Assembly (NCBI GenBank): GCA_017531765.1
Contig: JAFXKJ010000075.1
Location: 1-59,144 of the forward strand
Length of the DNA: 59,144 nt
Direction of reading: 5' to 3'
DNA from: Clostridia bacterium
Lineage (GTDB): Bacteria; Bacillota; Clostridia; Oscillospirales; CAG-272
The notes under the pieces were generated by a model, which ran no database searches, was not told the origin of the DNA, and saw only the letters and a program-made list of their open reading frames with translations. The position numbers were made by a program, and so were the translations under genes. Shown in pieces: positions 31,684 to 41,190 of the stretch. Within the stretch, counting starts at the first letter, position 1. Every line of letters starts with the position of its first letter.

Positions 31684-32687
31684 TATATTTCTCCGTTTTC
31701 TGAAAAGCTTTGATGTTTCAATTTATGCATGAGTAAAGAACTTAAGGCAACGCCTGCGGCGTTATCTGATGAAAACTCTGCCGCTGAAAACATTCCATAT
31801 TTTTCAAGTCTGTTTTTAATGTACCGTGAGCTCATAACTCCACCCGCAAATACCACAGGTAGATTACCATACAGATCAAATGCGCAACTAATAGATTTTT
31901 CAATGGATTTAGCTATATATTCCAATACATATGCGGAAACTTCATTCTCACCTTTTCCGTTTACTATCATCTTTTCGGCGATATTTTCAAGTCCCGAAAG
32001 ATTGAAGTCGAGTCCCTTAACAGACGGTACTATTCCTTTTATTTTACCGTCAAATACACAAGCTGCAGCATCAATCCGAGCACCTCCTGGGAATGGGAAA
32101 CCGAGTCTGACTCCGGTACGGTCAACGATCTGTCCCGCGTTTGCATCAGAGGAACCTCCGATACGTTCGATGGATAAAATATTATCAGAATCGGGCTTGA
32201 CATATAACAGATCTGTTGTACCGCCTGATACGTGAAACGCCAAAAACTCATTTTTCAGCAGATCTTCGAGTATTTTGTCCGAATCCCGCAAAGCAGATGA
32301 AGCCGCCGCAATAATATGACCTACCTGGTGAGATGTTTTATATAGCGGTATATCAAGAAAGGCACATACTGATTCGGCAACGGCAATACCGGTGAGGAAG
32401 CACGGCATATATGACCCCTCAGTGCTTCGCGGGGTAACCGATACACCGGCTGCAACATATTCGAAATCACCGTTCAAAGACGAGGTAAAATCCCGAAGCA
32501 ACCCTGCTATTACGGGAAAATTTTTGATATGTGAAAAAACAGCCTCACTTTGGCGTAAACCGCGCTGTCCTTCGCTGACGGGAAGCGGACATTTCAAATT
32601 AGCGAGGACATTGCCGTTTATGTCACAGATACCAAGTGAGGTTGTGTAATTGCTTGTATCAAAACCTATAAACAGTTTATTATCCAT
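31683..32687 (-). CDS. TsaD/Kae1-like (peptidase M22 / ASKHA fold) protein, divergent paralog
   Basis: FIGFDTSNYTTSLGI (canonical TsaD has ETSCDET), LRQSEAV, the HxxxH motif SHQVGHI, and AGGVMSSRYIKNRL. Confidence 0.6.
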   Translation of the reverse strand: MDNKLFIGFDTSNYTTSLGICDINGNVLANLKCPLPVSEGQRGLRQSEAVFSHIKNFPVIAGLLRDFTSSLNGDFEYVAAGVSVTPRSTEGSYMPCFLTGIAVAESVCAFLDIPLYKTSHQVGHIIAAASSALRDSDKILEDLLKNEFLAFHVSGGTTDLLYVKPDSDNILSIERIGGSSDANAGQIVDRTGVRLGFPFPGGARIDAAACVFDGKIKGIVPSVKGLDFNLSGLENIAEKMIVNGKGENEVSAYVLEYIAKSIEKSISCAFDLYGNLPVVFAGGVMSSRYIKNRLEKYGMFSAAEFSSDNAAGVALSSLLMHKLKHQSFSENGEI

Positions 32688-32702
32688 AGATCATTTTAAC
32701 CA

Positions 32703-33122
32703 TCAAAGCTTTTCCGCTTCTTTTGCTATGCTGTTAAGAATTCCGTTGATAAACACAGGCTCCTGGTCTTCACCGAATTTCTTTGACAGTTCAAGTGCTT
32801 CATTGATTACAACTTTAGGCGGAGTTTCGGTCTTCAGAAGTTCATAAATCGCAAGACGAAGAAGGTTTCTTGTAACACCCGACATTCTTGAGGTTGACCA
32901 ATTCTTTGCATGAGAAGCGATCATTACATCAGCTTCTTTGATAAACTCAGCAGCGCCTACAAATGTATCTCTGAGATAACCGCTTGTCGGAACATTATCA
33001 CCGTCTTCAAAAAAAGATTCGAAAATCTTTTCAGCAGGCTCCTCAGTGTAAAAATCTAAAGAAAATAGCATCTGAAAAACTCTTTCCCGTCTATCATTTT
33101 TTGTGTTTTCAAAGTTAATCAT
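32703..33122 (-). CDS. nusB: Transcription antitermination factor NusB
   Basis: RERVFQMLFSLDF... and NLLRLAIYELL...PPKVVINEALELSKKFG. Confidence 0.9.
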   Translation of the reverse strand: MINFENTKNDRRERVFQMLFSLDFYTEEPAEKIFESFFEDGDNVPTSGYLRDTFVGAAEFIKEADVMIASHAKNWSTSRMSGVTRNLLRLAIYELLKTETPPKVVINEALELSKKFGEDQEPVFINGILNSIAKEAEKL

Positions 33123-33243
33123 ATTTACTGCCTTTCAAAGAAATCTGTAAGAATTATTGTATTAATTAACGCTTTTATCTATATTTATAATTATACATCA
33201 AATATACACTCTTGTCAATGGATTACTTAAATATAAACACATT

Positions 33244-33291
33244 AAAAAGAGGTTACCGTCAGGCGGAAAATTCCGATTTACGATAACCTCT
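33244..33291 (-). terminator. Rho-independent terminator of the citrate synthase gene
   Basis: On the minus strand: AGAGGTTATCG...CGGAA-TT-TTCCG...CGGTAACCTCT followed by TTTTT. Confidence 0.65.
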
Positions 33292-33297
33292 TCTGAA

Positions 33298-34671
33298 TTA
33301 TCTTTCACTGAGAGGGATATATGCTCTGGTGGATGTAATCTCTTTGTATGCAGGACGCATGATCTTATTGGAACCGATCAGCTCCTCAAGTCTGTGCGCA
33401 CTCCAACCCGCAACTCTTGCAATTGCGAAAAGAGGCGTGTAAAGCTCAGCTGGCAGACCGAGAATATCATACGCAAGACCGCTGTAAAAATCCACGTTGA
33501 TGGATACGCCCTTGTACATCCGTCTGTGTTCGGCAATGATCTGAGGCGCAAGATTTTCAACTGTCCGATAAAGCTTAAACTCATCTTCTCTGCCCTTTTC
33601 TGCGGCTAATTTTTCAACAAGACTGCGGAAAATACAAGCTCTGGGGTCGGAAACCGAATAAACCGCGTGACCGACACCGTATATAAGACCTGTTTTGTCG
33701 AATGCTTCCTTGCAAACGATCTTATTAAGGTAAGCCGCCAATTCTTCTTCGTCAGAATAATCTCTTACGTTTTCCTTAATATCTTCAAACATTCTTACAA
33801 CCTTAATATTAGCACCACCGTGCTTCGGACCCTTAAGAGAGCCGAGAGCTGCAGAAATCGCCGAATACGTATCTGTACCCGAAGAAGAAACAACTCTTGT
33901 AGTAAAGGTAGAGTTATTTCCTCCGCCATGCTCAGCATGGAGAATGAGAGCTACATCAAGAACAGCCGCCTCGAGAGCAGTAAAGGAACTGTCGGGACGA
34001 AGCAGGTGTAGAATATTTTCTGCGGTGGAATATTTAGGGTCGGGTGCATGGATGAAAAGACTGTTACCGTTGTGATAATGATCATACGCGTGATAACCGT
34101 ACACACTTAACAGCGGAAATACGGAAATAAGCTGCAGACACTGACGGAGAACGTTGGGAATTGAAGTATCATCGGGGTTCTCGTCATACGAATACATGGT
34201 AAGAACGCTTCTTGAGAGGGCGTTCATCATATCACGGCTGGGAGCTTTCATGATTACGTCTCTCACAAAAGACGGGGGCAATGACCTATAACCGCTGAGA
34301 AGCTTTGTAAATGACTTCAACTGAGCTTTATCGGGAAGATTTCCGAAAAGAAGAAGATATACTGTCTCTTCAAATCCGGGACGTCCTTCAGCAAGGCAAG
34401 CATTTGTGAGGTCATTAACACTGATTCCGCGGTAATACAATCTACCGTCGCAAGGCACAAGTCTTCCGTCAACCATTTCTCGTGCCGTTACTTCGGAAAT
34501 ACTTGTAAGTCCCGCAAGAACACCGCTACCGTCAAGATCTCGAAGGCCACGCTTTACATCAAATTTAGCATAGAGAGAAGGATCAATTTTTGTATTCTGA
34601 GATGACAGATCTGCCAATTCATACATTTCTTCGGTAATTTCAGAATAGTTACGAATTTCCTGAGCGTTCAT
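33298..34671 (-). CDS. Citrate synthase
   Basis: LILHAEHGGGNNSTF and YGVGHAVYSVSDPR. GGAGG lies 5 nt upstream of ATG 34671 (MNAQEIRNY). The track start at 34737 is less likely. Confidence 0.9.
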   Translation of the reverse strand: MNAQEIRNYSEITEEMYELADLSSQNTKIDPSLYAKFDVKRGLRDLDGSGVLAGLTSISEVTAREMVDGRLVPCDGRLYYRGISVNDLTNACLAEGRPGFEETVYLLLFGNLPDKAQLKSFTKLLSGYRSLPPSFVRDVIMKAPSRDMMNALSRSVLTMYSYDENPDDTSIPNVLRQCLQLISVFPLLSVYGYHAYDHYHNGNSLFIHAPDPKYSTAENILHLLRPDSSFTALEAAVLDVALILHAEHGGGNNSTFTTRVVSSSGTDTYSAISAALGSLKGPKHGGANIKVVRMFEDIKENVRDYSDEEELAAYLNKIVCKEAFDKTGLIYGVGHAVYSVSDPRACIFRSLVEKLAAEKGREDEFKLYRTVENLAPQIIAEHRRMYKGVSINVDFYSGLAYDILGLPAELYTPLFAIARVAGWSAHRLEELIGSNKIMRPAYKEITSTRAYIPLSER

Positions 34672-34845
34672 AATAGCCTCCATTCGGTTTACGTCTACAA
34701 AAATAAGGAAACAAACACGTGTCTGCACAGCAGACAAAAATCGGAGTATTGCTTCTTAGTGTTTATTTACGTGTGAGACAACTTCAGTTAAGATTCAAAT
34801 TGTTTTGAGTTTCACACTAAGTCCCGCAAAATAAACTATAATAAT

Positions 34846-34874
34846 ATTATACTTTGTTTCTGACAATTTGTCAA
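34846..34874 (-). promoter_or_regulatory. Consensus sigma-A promoter of citrate synthase (long leader)
   Basis: On the minus strand: TTGACA (34874-34869), a 17-nt spacer, then TATAAT (34851-34846). The start codon lies about 170 nt downstream. Confidence 0.6.
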
Positions 34875-35006
34875 TAGTAAAAATTCATAAAAATATTAAA
34901 ATACCTTTGCATTTTAGACTCATTAGCGAGTAAATGAATTTTTTGTTCTTCAAAAATTCACATTTGTTTATTATTTATGAATTTTTTGTTACAATTAAAA
35001 AAGCTA

Positions 35007-35035
35007 TTGAATTCCTACTGATTTTGTGGTATATT
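35007..35035 (+). promoter_or_regulatory. Sigma-A promoter of the Rrf2-nifS-nifU operon
   Basis: TTGAAT (35007-35012), a 17-nt spacer ending in TGTGG, then TATATT (35030-35035). A short inverted repeat, ATACT-tgaa-AGTAT (35036-49), lies just downstream. Confidence 0.55.
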
Positions 35036-35071
35036 ATACTTGAAAGTATTTCAGATCAGGAGACTACAATT

Positions 35072-35482
35072 ATGATGATTTCAACCAAAGGCAGATATGC
35101 TCTCAGAATTCTCGCAGACCTTGCACTGTTGTCCGAAGGCGAATTTGCTTCGGTTAAAGATATAGCAGACAACCAAGGAATATCACTTAAGTACCTTGAG
35201 GCAATTACTTCGATTTTACTTAAAGCCGAATTTGTCGAAAGTAAGAGAGGCAGAAGCGGAGGTTATAAATTGTCAAAACACCCGAGTGAGTATTCTCTGC
35301 TCTCAATTTTCAAGCTGACCGAGGGGTCCATCTCGCCTGTTACTTGCCTTGATCACGATGAAGTAATTTGCGGCAGAGAGTCCCATTGCCTTGCTTATCC
35401 TTTATGGCAAAAAATGAACAGCGTTCTTGAAGACTATTTGAAAAATGTCACCCTTGCCGATCTGATCACAGATAACCTTTAA
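35072..35482 (+). CDS. Rrf2 family transcriptional regulator (IscR/CymR-like)
   Basis: MMISTKGRYALRILADLA... and SGGYKLSK. AGGAG lies 8 nt upstream of ATG 35072. The track start at 34934 adds a hydrophobic A/T-rich extension that covers the promoter. Confidence 0.85.
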   Translation: MMISTKGRYALRILADLALLSEGEFASVKDIADNQGISLKYLEAITSILLKAEFVESKRGRSGGYKLSKHPSEYSLLSIFKLTEGSISPVTCLDHDEVICGRESHCLAYPLWQKMNSVLEDYLKNVTLADLITDNL

Positions 35483-35519
35483 TTTTATATCTTGAAAACT
35501 CTGATAAGGAGGAAAAATA

Positions 35520-36707
35520 ATGTATATCTATGCCGATAATGCTGCTACAACAAAAATGTCCGCAGCCGCAATAAACGAATTGATAAGCAAAACAACTGAA
35601 GAATACGGTAATCCTTCAAGTCTTCACAGTATCGGGCAAAAGGCTGCTGAGACCTTGTTTAACGCCCGAAAAATGATTGCTGATTTGCTCAGCGCCACAG
35701 AAAAAAATATATTTTTCACATCAGGCGGCAGTGAAAGTGATAACATGGCGATATTGTCTGCAGCAGAGCATGGTAAAAAGAAAAACAAAAGACATATTAT
35801 CACAACAGAATTTGAACACCATGCCGTTTTGCATACGGTTGAAAAGCTTGAAAGACAAGGCTTTGAGGTAACATATCTCGATGTTCACGAAAACGGTGTT
35901 GTCAGTGTCAGTGAACTTGAGAGTGCAATTCGTGAGGACACGGCTCTTGTCAGTGTTATGTACGCCAACAACGAAATCGGAACAGTCCAGCCTATTGCCG
36001 AGATCGGAAAAGTGTGTTATAAACATAAAGTTTTATTTCACACAGATGCAGTACAGGCTGCAGGACATCTTCACATAAATGTACTAGAGCTTGGCGTTGA
36101 TTATCTTTCACTGTCAGCTCACAAATTCGGCGGTCCCAAAGGTGTCGGCGTGCTGTATGCCCGCAACAGATCTTTAGTACACAGTCTGATCGAGGGTGGG
36201 GCTCAGGAATTCGGAAAACGCGGGGGGACAGAAAACGTCCCCGCCATATCCGCAATGGCGGTAGCGCTTAAAGAATCCTGCGAAAACATTGAAAGCAGTT
36301 ACGGAAAAGTCTGTCAAATGCGCGATAGACTGATTGAAGGTCTACTTAAGATCCCTCACACTGTACTGAACGGTGATCGCATATCAAGACTTCCGGGTAA
36401 TGTTAACGTGTGCTTCGAAGGAATTGAGGGGGAGTCACTTCTCTTGATGCTTGACTGCAAAGGAATTGCAGCATCATCAGGCTCCGCTTGCACATCAGGC
36501 TCCCTCGAACCAAGTCATGTGCTTCTTGCAATAGGAAGACCTCATGAGATCGCACACGGCTCGTTGAGACTTTCAATCAACCATGAAAACACACCCGACG
36601 AGATAGAAAAAATCATCTCGGTAACTACTGAAGTTGTGGAAAAGCTAAGAAGTATGTCCCCTGTCTGGGACGATCTTCAGAAAGGAAGGAAAGCTCATGT
36701 TATATAG
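35520..36707 (+). CDS. nifS: Cysteine desulfurase
   Basis: PLP-lysine motif LSAHKFGGPKGVG and catalytic cysteine loop ASSGSACTSGSLEPS. Confidence 0.9.
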   Translation: MYIYADNAATTKMSAAAINELISKTTEEYGNPSSLHSIGQKAAETLFNARKMIADLLSATEKNIFFTSGGSESDNMAILSAAEHGKKKNKRHIITTEFEHHAVLHTVEKLERQGFEVTYLDVHENGVVSVSELESAIREDTALVSVMYANNEIGTVQPIAEIGKVCYKHKVLFHTDAVQAAGHLHINVLELGVDYLSLSAHKFGGPKGVGVLYARNRSLVHSLIEGGAQEFGKRGGTENVPAISAMAVALKESCENIESSYGKVCQMRDRLIEGLLKIPHTVLNGDRISRLPGNVNVCFEGIEGESLLLMLDCKGIAASSGSACTSGSLEPSHVLLAIGRPHEIAHGSLRLSINHENTPDEIEKIISVTTEVVEKLRSMSPVWDDLQKGRKAHVI

Positions 36708-37137
36708 TGCAAAAGTAATGGATCATTTTACAAATCCAAGAAACGTAGGAATAATTGAAAACGCCGACGGAGTCGGAGAAGTCGGTAACGCCAAGTGCGG
36801 AGACATAATGAAAATTTATCTGAAAATAGATGGTAATGTGATAACAGATGTAAAATTCAATACCTTCGGTTGCGGTTCCGCAATAGCTACAAGCAGTATT
36901 GCAACTGAAATGATTAAGGGAAAAACACTATCAGATGCTCTGACACTATCAAATAGAGCAGTTGTAGAAGCACTTGACGGTCTCCCACCGCAGAAGATCC
37001 ATTGTTCCGTTCTTGCAGAAGAGGCTGTAAAAGCTGCTGTAAAAGATTACTACGACAGAAATTCAATTGAGTATGATGATAAAATCTTCAAAAATCTTAA
37101 CGGATGTGCACATTGTCATGATTCATGCTCCGTATAA
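36697..37137 (+). CDS. nifU: Fe-S cluster assembly scaffold protein (IscU/NifU type)
   Basis: VMDHFTNPRNVG, GNAKCGD, FGCGSAIA and IHCSVLAEEA. It overlaps nifS by 11 nt. Confidence 0.9.
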   Translation: MLYSAKVMDHFTNPRNVGIIENADGVGEVGNAKCGDIMKIYLKIDGNVITDVKFNTFGCGSAIATSSIATEMIKGKTLSDALTLSNRAVVEALDGLPPQKIHCSVLAEEAVKAAVKDYYDRNSIEYDDKIFKNLNGCAHCHDSCSV

Positions 37138-37180
37138 GCTTTTGGACTGAACGACCAAAAACCATTACGTTTTATTAAAA

Positions 37181-37223
37181 AGAGAAACGGAAATTCCGCT
37201 GAAATTTCCGTTTCTCTTTTTTC
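37181..37223. terminator. Terminator after nifU (bidirectional geometry)
   Basis: AGAGAAACGGAAATT (37181-37195) pairs with AATTTCCGTTTCTCT (37203-37217), followed by TTTTT. AAAA lies upstream. Confidence 0.8.
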
Positions 37224-37303
37224 ATAAAAACATATTGTTTATTTTGTGTACTAAATCAAGATTTATATCTGCAAATGTCTAAAAAACACATTTACACATT
37301 TGC

Positions 37304-38128
37304 CTACTTCTTGAAAACATCAAGCGCAAGACCGATCTCTATAACGTTTTTTATCTTTTCATCGGTTATCCTTGACTCTGTCCCCACTTTCAGCGTCAGA
37401 TACATGAAATACTCAACCGCACCGTTATTACCGCGCACAGGACTGTATGTAATGTCAACGGCATAAAAGCCCATTGCCTCCGAATATGTTTTCACCTTAT
37501 TTATAACGTCAAAATGAAGCTTTGCATCATTTATCTTACCGCTTTGTCTTACCTCGGAAGAGTCAACCTCAAAGATCGGCTTGACAAGTGCTATAACGTC
37601 TCCGTCCTCTGAAATGATGGACTTCACTTCCCGAAGAGCTACCTCAAGAGACAGATAGGACACATCAAGTGAAACCACAGATGGCTTCGGATCAAGGTAC
37701 TTTAGTTTTTCATCTGAAAGATTCGTGTATTCAAGATTAATTACAGCATCATCCTGCATCAGCTTTCCGGCAAGCTGTCCGTGACCTACCTCAACCGCAT
37801 ATACGAGCTCTGCGCCGTGAACTCTGAGGCAGTCGGTAAATCCGCCGGTGCAGGCGCCGCAGTCAAATGCGATTTTGCCGTCAACATCAATTCCGAATTC
37901 AGAAATTGCGTGCTCCAGCTTCAGTCCGCCTTTTCCTACATAACGGGTCTTGTAATACTCGCGAATTCGTATCTCGGCATCCACCGATATTTTCTCAGAC
38001 GGAGAAAGAACAGGCTTATTGTCGGCAAGGACGCGCCGCGCCATTACCCAGGGAATAATTTCGGATTTCGACGTAAACCAACCGTCTTCAATCAGTTTTT
38101 CGTAAGCCATACACTTTTTCTTAGCCAT
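37304..38128 (-). CDS. TlyA/FtsJ-like SAM-dependent RNA methyltransferase (second paralog)
   Basis: YVGKGGLKLEHAISEFGIDVDGKIAFDCGACTGGFTDCLRVHGAELVYAVEVGHGQLAGKL aligns block for block with the tlyA product at 28455-29240. GAGGG precedes the ATG. Confidence 0.7.
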   Translation of the reverse strand: MAKKKCMAYEKLIEDGWFTSKSEIIPWVMARRVLADNKPVLSPSEKISVDAEIRIREYYKTRYVGKGGLKLEHAISEFGIDVDGKIAFDCGACTGGFTDCLRVHGAELVYAVEVGHGQLAGKLMQDDAVINLEYTNLSDEKLKYLDPKPSVVSLDVSYLSLEVALREVKSIISEDGDVIALVKPIFEVDSSEVRQSGKINDAKLHFDVINKVKTYSEAMGFYAVDITYSPVRGNNGAVEYFMYLTLKVGTESRITDEKIKNVIEIGLALDVFKK

Positions 38129-38161
38129 TATTGCCCTCTTGCGTTTACAGTAAAAATCTGC

Positions 38162-38779
38162 TTATCTGATGAAGCTTGTGTACTTCTTCTTTTCCTTTTC
38201 GGGAAGACCGAATTTTTCTTTACCAAGCTCAATACTCTTCATAAGAAAGGTCATATTTTCCGCAAGGCAACGCATGGTCTGAAGCCCTTCTTCATCTCCT
38301 TCGGCATCTCCTTCCTTGCCACCGTGAACACTGTTCCAGTAGCAACTGGTTGCAATGGGCATTCCGGAAATTGCGTAGTATTTGTTAAGCTCGTCAAAAG
38401 TAGATGAACAACCGCCGCGGCGTGCAACAGCAACAGATGCGCCAACCTTCATTGTTTTATCAAATGTCGATCCATAGAAGAGACGGTCAAGAAGCGATAT
38501 TATAGTTCCGTTTGCAGATGCGTAGTAAACAGGCGTACCTACAACAAGTCCGTCGCACTTCTCAAACTTGCGAATGAGTTCATTTACAATATCATCGTAT
38601 ACGCAAAGTCCCGTACCTCTGCAGTGACCGCAACCGATACATCCTCTGATACTTCTGCCACCAACTTGTACCAGCTCGCATTCAATTCCTCTTTTTTCAA
38701 AAACAGCCTTCATTTCCGACAGAGCAAGAAATGTATTTCCCTTTGCTCTGGGACTACCGTTAAGCATTAATACCTTCAT
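38162..38779 (-). CDS. NADPH-dependent FMN reductase / iron-sulfur flavoprotein family protein
   Basis: MKVLMLNGSPRAKGNT flavodoxin-like start, and the Cys cluster GCIGCGHCRGTGLC. Confidence 0.8.
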   Translation of the reverse strand: MKVLMLNGSPRAKGNTFLALSEMKAVFEKRGIECELVQVGGRSIRGCIGCGHCRGTGLCVYDDIVNELIRKFEKCDGLVVGTPVYYASANGTIISLLDRLFYGSTFDKTMKVGASVAVARRGGCSSTFDELNKYYAISGMPIATSCYWNSVHGGKEGDAEGDEEGLQTMRCLAENMTFLMKSIELGKEKFGLPEKEKKKYTSFIR

Positions 38780-38985
38780 ATCTATTTCCTTTCGTTACAG
38801 CAAAACTTAATAAAGTGTTATTTTTAACTGTACTGACATACATTATATAACAAAAGTCATTTATTATCAAGTAATTCGTTAAGTTATTCGGAATTTTTTT
38901 GAAAAAATATAGCTAAAGTAAAAAAAATATGTTATACTATATCTATACATCAGTAAATTATTAATTTTTAAGGAATGAGACGTTT

Positions 38986-41061
38986 ATGAGAAATTATACC
39001 AAACGCCTTTGTGCAATAATTCTTTCACTTCTGATGCTCTTGCCGCTTATCTCTTCGGTATGGGCAGACAACGGAAAATCAGATGTGACAATTCTGTTCA
39101 CTCACGACCTCCACTCACATTTTCTGCCCTTCTCCGATGAGGACGGAAACGATATTGGCGGTTACGCGAGACTTAAGACCGTAATTGACCAGCAGAAGAA
39201 AAAATATCCCGATGCGATCCTTGTGGACGGCGGTGACTTTTCCATGGGTTCGCTCTTCCAGACAGCATATACTACGTCTGCACTTGAGCTTCGCATTATG
39301 GGTGCTATGGGATATGACGTAACCACACTCGGTAACCACGAGTTCGATTACCTCCCGGAAGGTCTCATGTCTATGTTATCCGTAGCAGTCGAGTCAGGTG
39401 ACCCCCTTCCCAAAATAGTAAATTCAAACTATCTCCCGCCGAAGAAGGGTGAGACCGGCTACACCGAGGACATCTGGACCACGTTCAACAACTACGGTAT
39501 CGATGATTATGTTATAATCGATCGCGGCGGTGTTCAGTTCGTTGTGTTCGGTATTTTCGGCAAGGACTCCCACGCCTGCGCGCCGAATTCGGGAATGATT
39601 TTCTCAGATCCCGTTGACAGTGCTCAAATGACCGTCGATAAGGCAAAGAAGGAATGCCTTGATAAATACGGCAGCGATCCTGTTGTGATCTGTCTGTCCC
39701 ACAGCGGAACCGAAGACGGAAAAGGTGAAGACTACACTCTTGCAAAGAACGTAGTCGGAATTGATGTAATCGTATCCGCGCACACTCATACAACTCTTGA
39801 AGAGGTTATCGAGGTAAACGGTACTTACATCGTTTCAGCGGGTCACTACGGTCAGTATCTCGGTGCACTTCATATTACACATTCCGCAAACGGTGCTGTT
39901 CTTACAGATTATGAGCTGATCCCCATTGATGACACTGTTGAAGAAAATGAAGAAATCGCTTCGCTTATAGAAACTTACAAAAAAGACGTTGAGACCAACT
40001 ATCTTTCAAATTACGGAGTGACCTTTGACCAGGTTCTCGTAAACAATCCGTACAATTTTGAAAGTGCATCAAAAATCAAGGAAACCTCTCACGAATCTCC
40101 CGTATGCAACATCTTCTCCGATGCTTACAAGTGGGCTGTGGAAGAAGCTACCGGTGAAGAAGTTGACGTAGCACTCACCGCGGCCGGTGTGATCAGAGAC
40201 TCCCTTCCCACAGGCAACATTACTGTTTCCGACGTATTCAACGCGGCTTCTCTCGGTGTCGGTACAGAGGGCGAGCTTATAAAAGTATACATCACAGGTA
40301 AGGATCTGATGAACGCTCTTGAGGTCGATGCATCCGTTCAGCCGCTTATGTCATCAGCGCAGCTTTATTTTTCGGGTGTTGAGTATTCGTTCAATACCTA
40401 CAGAATGATATTCAACAAAGTCGATTATGCTATGCTCCGTAAAAACGACGGAACTCTTGTTGAGATCGATCCCGATAAAATGTACTCTGTCGTTACCGGT
40501 ATGTACGCGGGACAGATGCTCGGCTCTGTTGAGTCTACATCCATGGGACTCCTTACAATAACTCCGAGAGACAAGAACGGAAACCCCATCGATGCCGATG
40601 AGCTTGTTAATTTTGTCGTTAAGGACGAAGAAGGCAAACCCGTTAAGGAATGGTATGCCATTGCTTCCTACCTTCAGGAAATGGGCGGCGAAATGAACGA
40701 AAAGTACGCCGAGACCGACGGTCGAAAGGTTGTTTACTCCAGTCTCAATCCCGTTGATCTGTTAAAAAATGCAAATAAGTTTACCTATATTATGATAGCT
40801 ATCATAATCGTACTTATCGTATTGATCATTCTTATCGTAAGAGCCATTGTCCGCAAGGTTAAACGGAACAAAATCAAAAAAGCCAAGGCGCGTGAGGATG
40901 CTCTTGCCGCGGCAAACAAGGCTGCCCTTGCAAATGCCATTGAAGAAGAATATAACAGTTCAGCTGTTGAAGATGACAGTGAGCCCATAGATGAAAAGGT
41001 CGTTGACGAAGTATCCGAGGAAAAGAAGGATAGCGACACCTCCGACGGATTCGATTATTGA
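38986..41061 (+). CDS. Secreted, membrane-anchored metallophosphatase / 5'-nucleotidase
   Basis: Signal peptide MRNYTKRLCAIILSLLMLLPLISSVWA. Metallophosphoesterase motifs HDLHSH, GGDFSMG and GNHEFD. A C-terminal TM helix (YIMIAIIIVLIVLIILIV) is followed by a basic then acidic tail. Confidence 0.85.
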   Translation: MRNYTKRLCAIILSLLMLLPLISSVWADNGKSDVTILFTHDLHSHFLPFSDEDGNDIGGYARLKTVIDQQKKKYPDAILVDGGDFSMGSLFQTAYTTSALELRIMGAMGYDVTTLGNHEFDYLPEGLMSMLSVAVESGDPLPKIVNSNYLPPKKGETGYTEDIWTTFNNYGIDDYVIIDRGGVQFVVFGIFGKDSHACAPNSGMIFSDPVDSAQMTVDKAKKECLDKYGSDPVVICLSHSGTEDGKGEDYTLAKNVVGIDVIVSAHTHTTLEEVIEVNGTYIVSAGHYGQYLGALHITHSANGAVLTDYELIPIDDTVEENEEIASLIETYKKDVETNYLSNYGVTFDQVLVNNPYNFESASKIKETSHESPVCNIFSDAYKWAVEEATGEEVDVALTAAGVIRDSLPTGNITVSDVFNAASLGVGTEGELIKVYITGKDLMNALEVDASVQPLMSSAQLYFSGVEYSFNTYRMIFNKVDYAMLRKNDGTLVEIDPDKMYSVVTGMYAGQMLGSVESTSMGLLTITPRDKNGNPIDADELVNFVVKDEEGKPVKEWYAIASYLQEMGGEMNEKYAETDGRKVVYSSLNPVDLLKNANKFTYIMIAIIIVLIVLIILIVRAIVRKVKRNKIKKAKAREDALAAANKAALANAIEEEYNSSAVEDDSEPIDEKVVDEVSEEKKDSDTSDGFDY

Positions 41062-41076
41062 TTTCCTAACTGCTTT

Positions 41077-41123
41077 CAAAGGCAGATACATGGTAATTAT
41101 CCGTGTACCTGCCTTTGTTTTTC
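41077..41123 (+). terminator. Rho-independent terminator after the 5'-nucleotidase gene
   Basis: CAAAGGCAG (41077-41085) pairs with CTGCCTTTG (41109-41117), followed by TTTTTCTGTTTT. Confidence 0.7.
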
Positions 41124-41190
41124 TGTTTTATTTTTACTACTCTCGAAAAAACTCAAAAAATTTCTGAAAAAAAAGCAAATTATTTTTTTA

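Noticed and set aside
34934-35071. N-terminal extension of the Rrf2 regulator ORF.
   Set aside because: It covers the -35/-10 elements and encodes a hydrophobic, A/T-driven sequence. ATG 35072 has an AGGAG RBS and gives the canonical MMISTKGRYALR start.
37781-38407. 208-aa plus-strand ORF spanning two minus-strand genes.
   Set aside because: It runs antisense across the TlyA-like gene, the intergenic region and the start of the flavoprotein gene. It shows no motifs.
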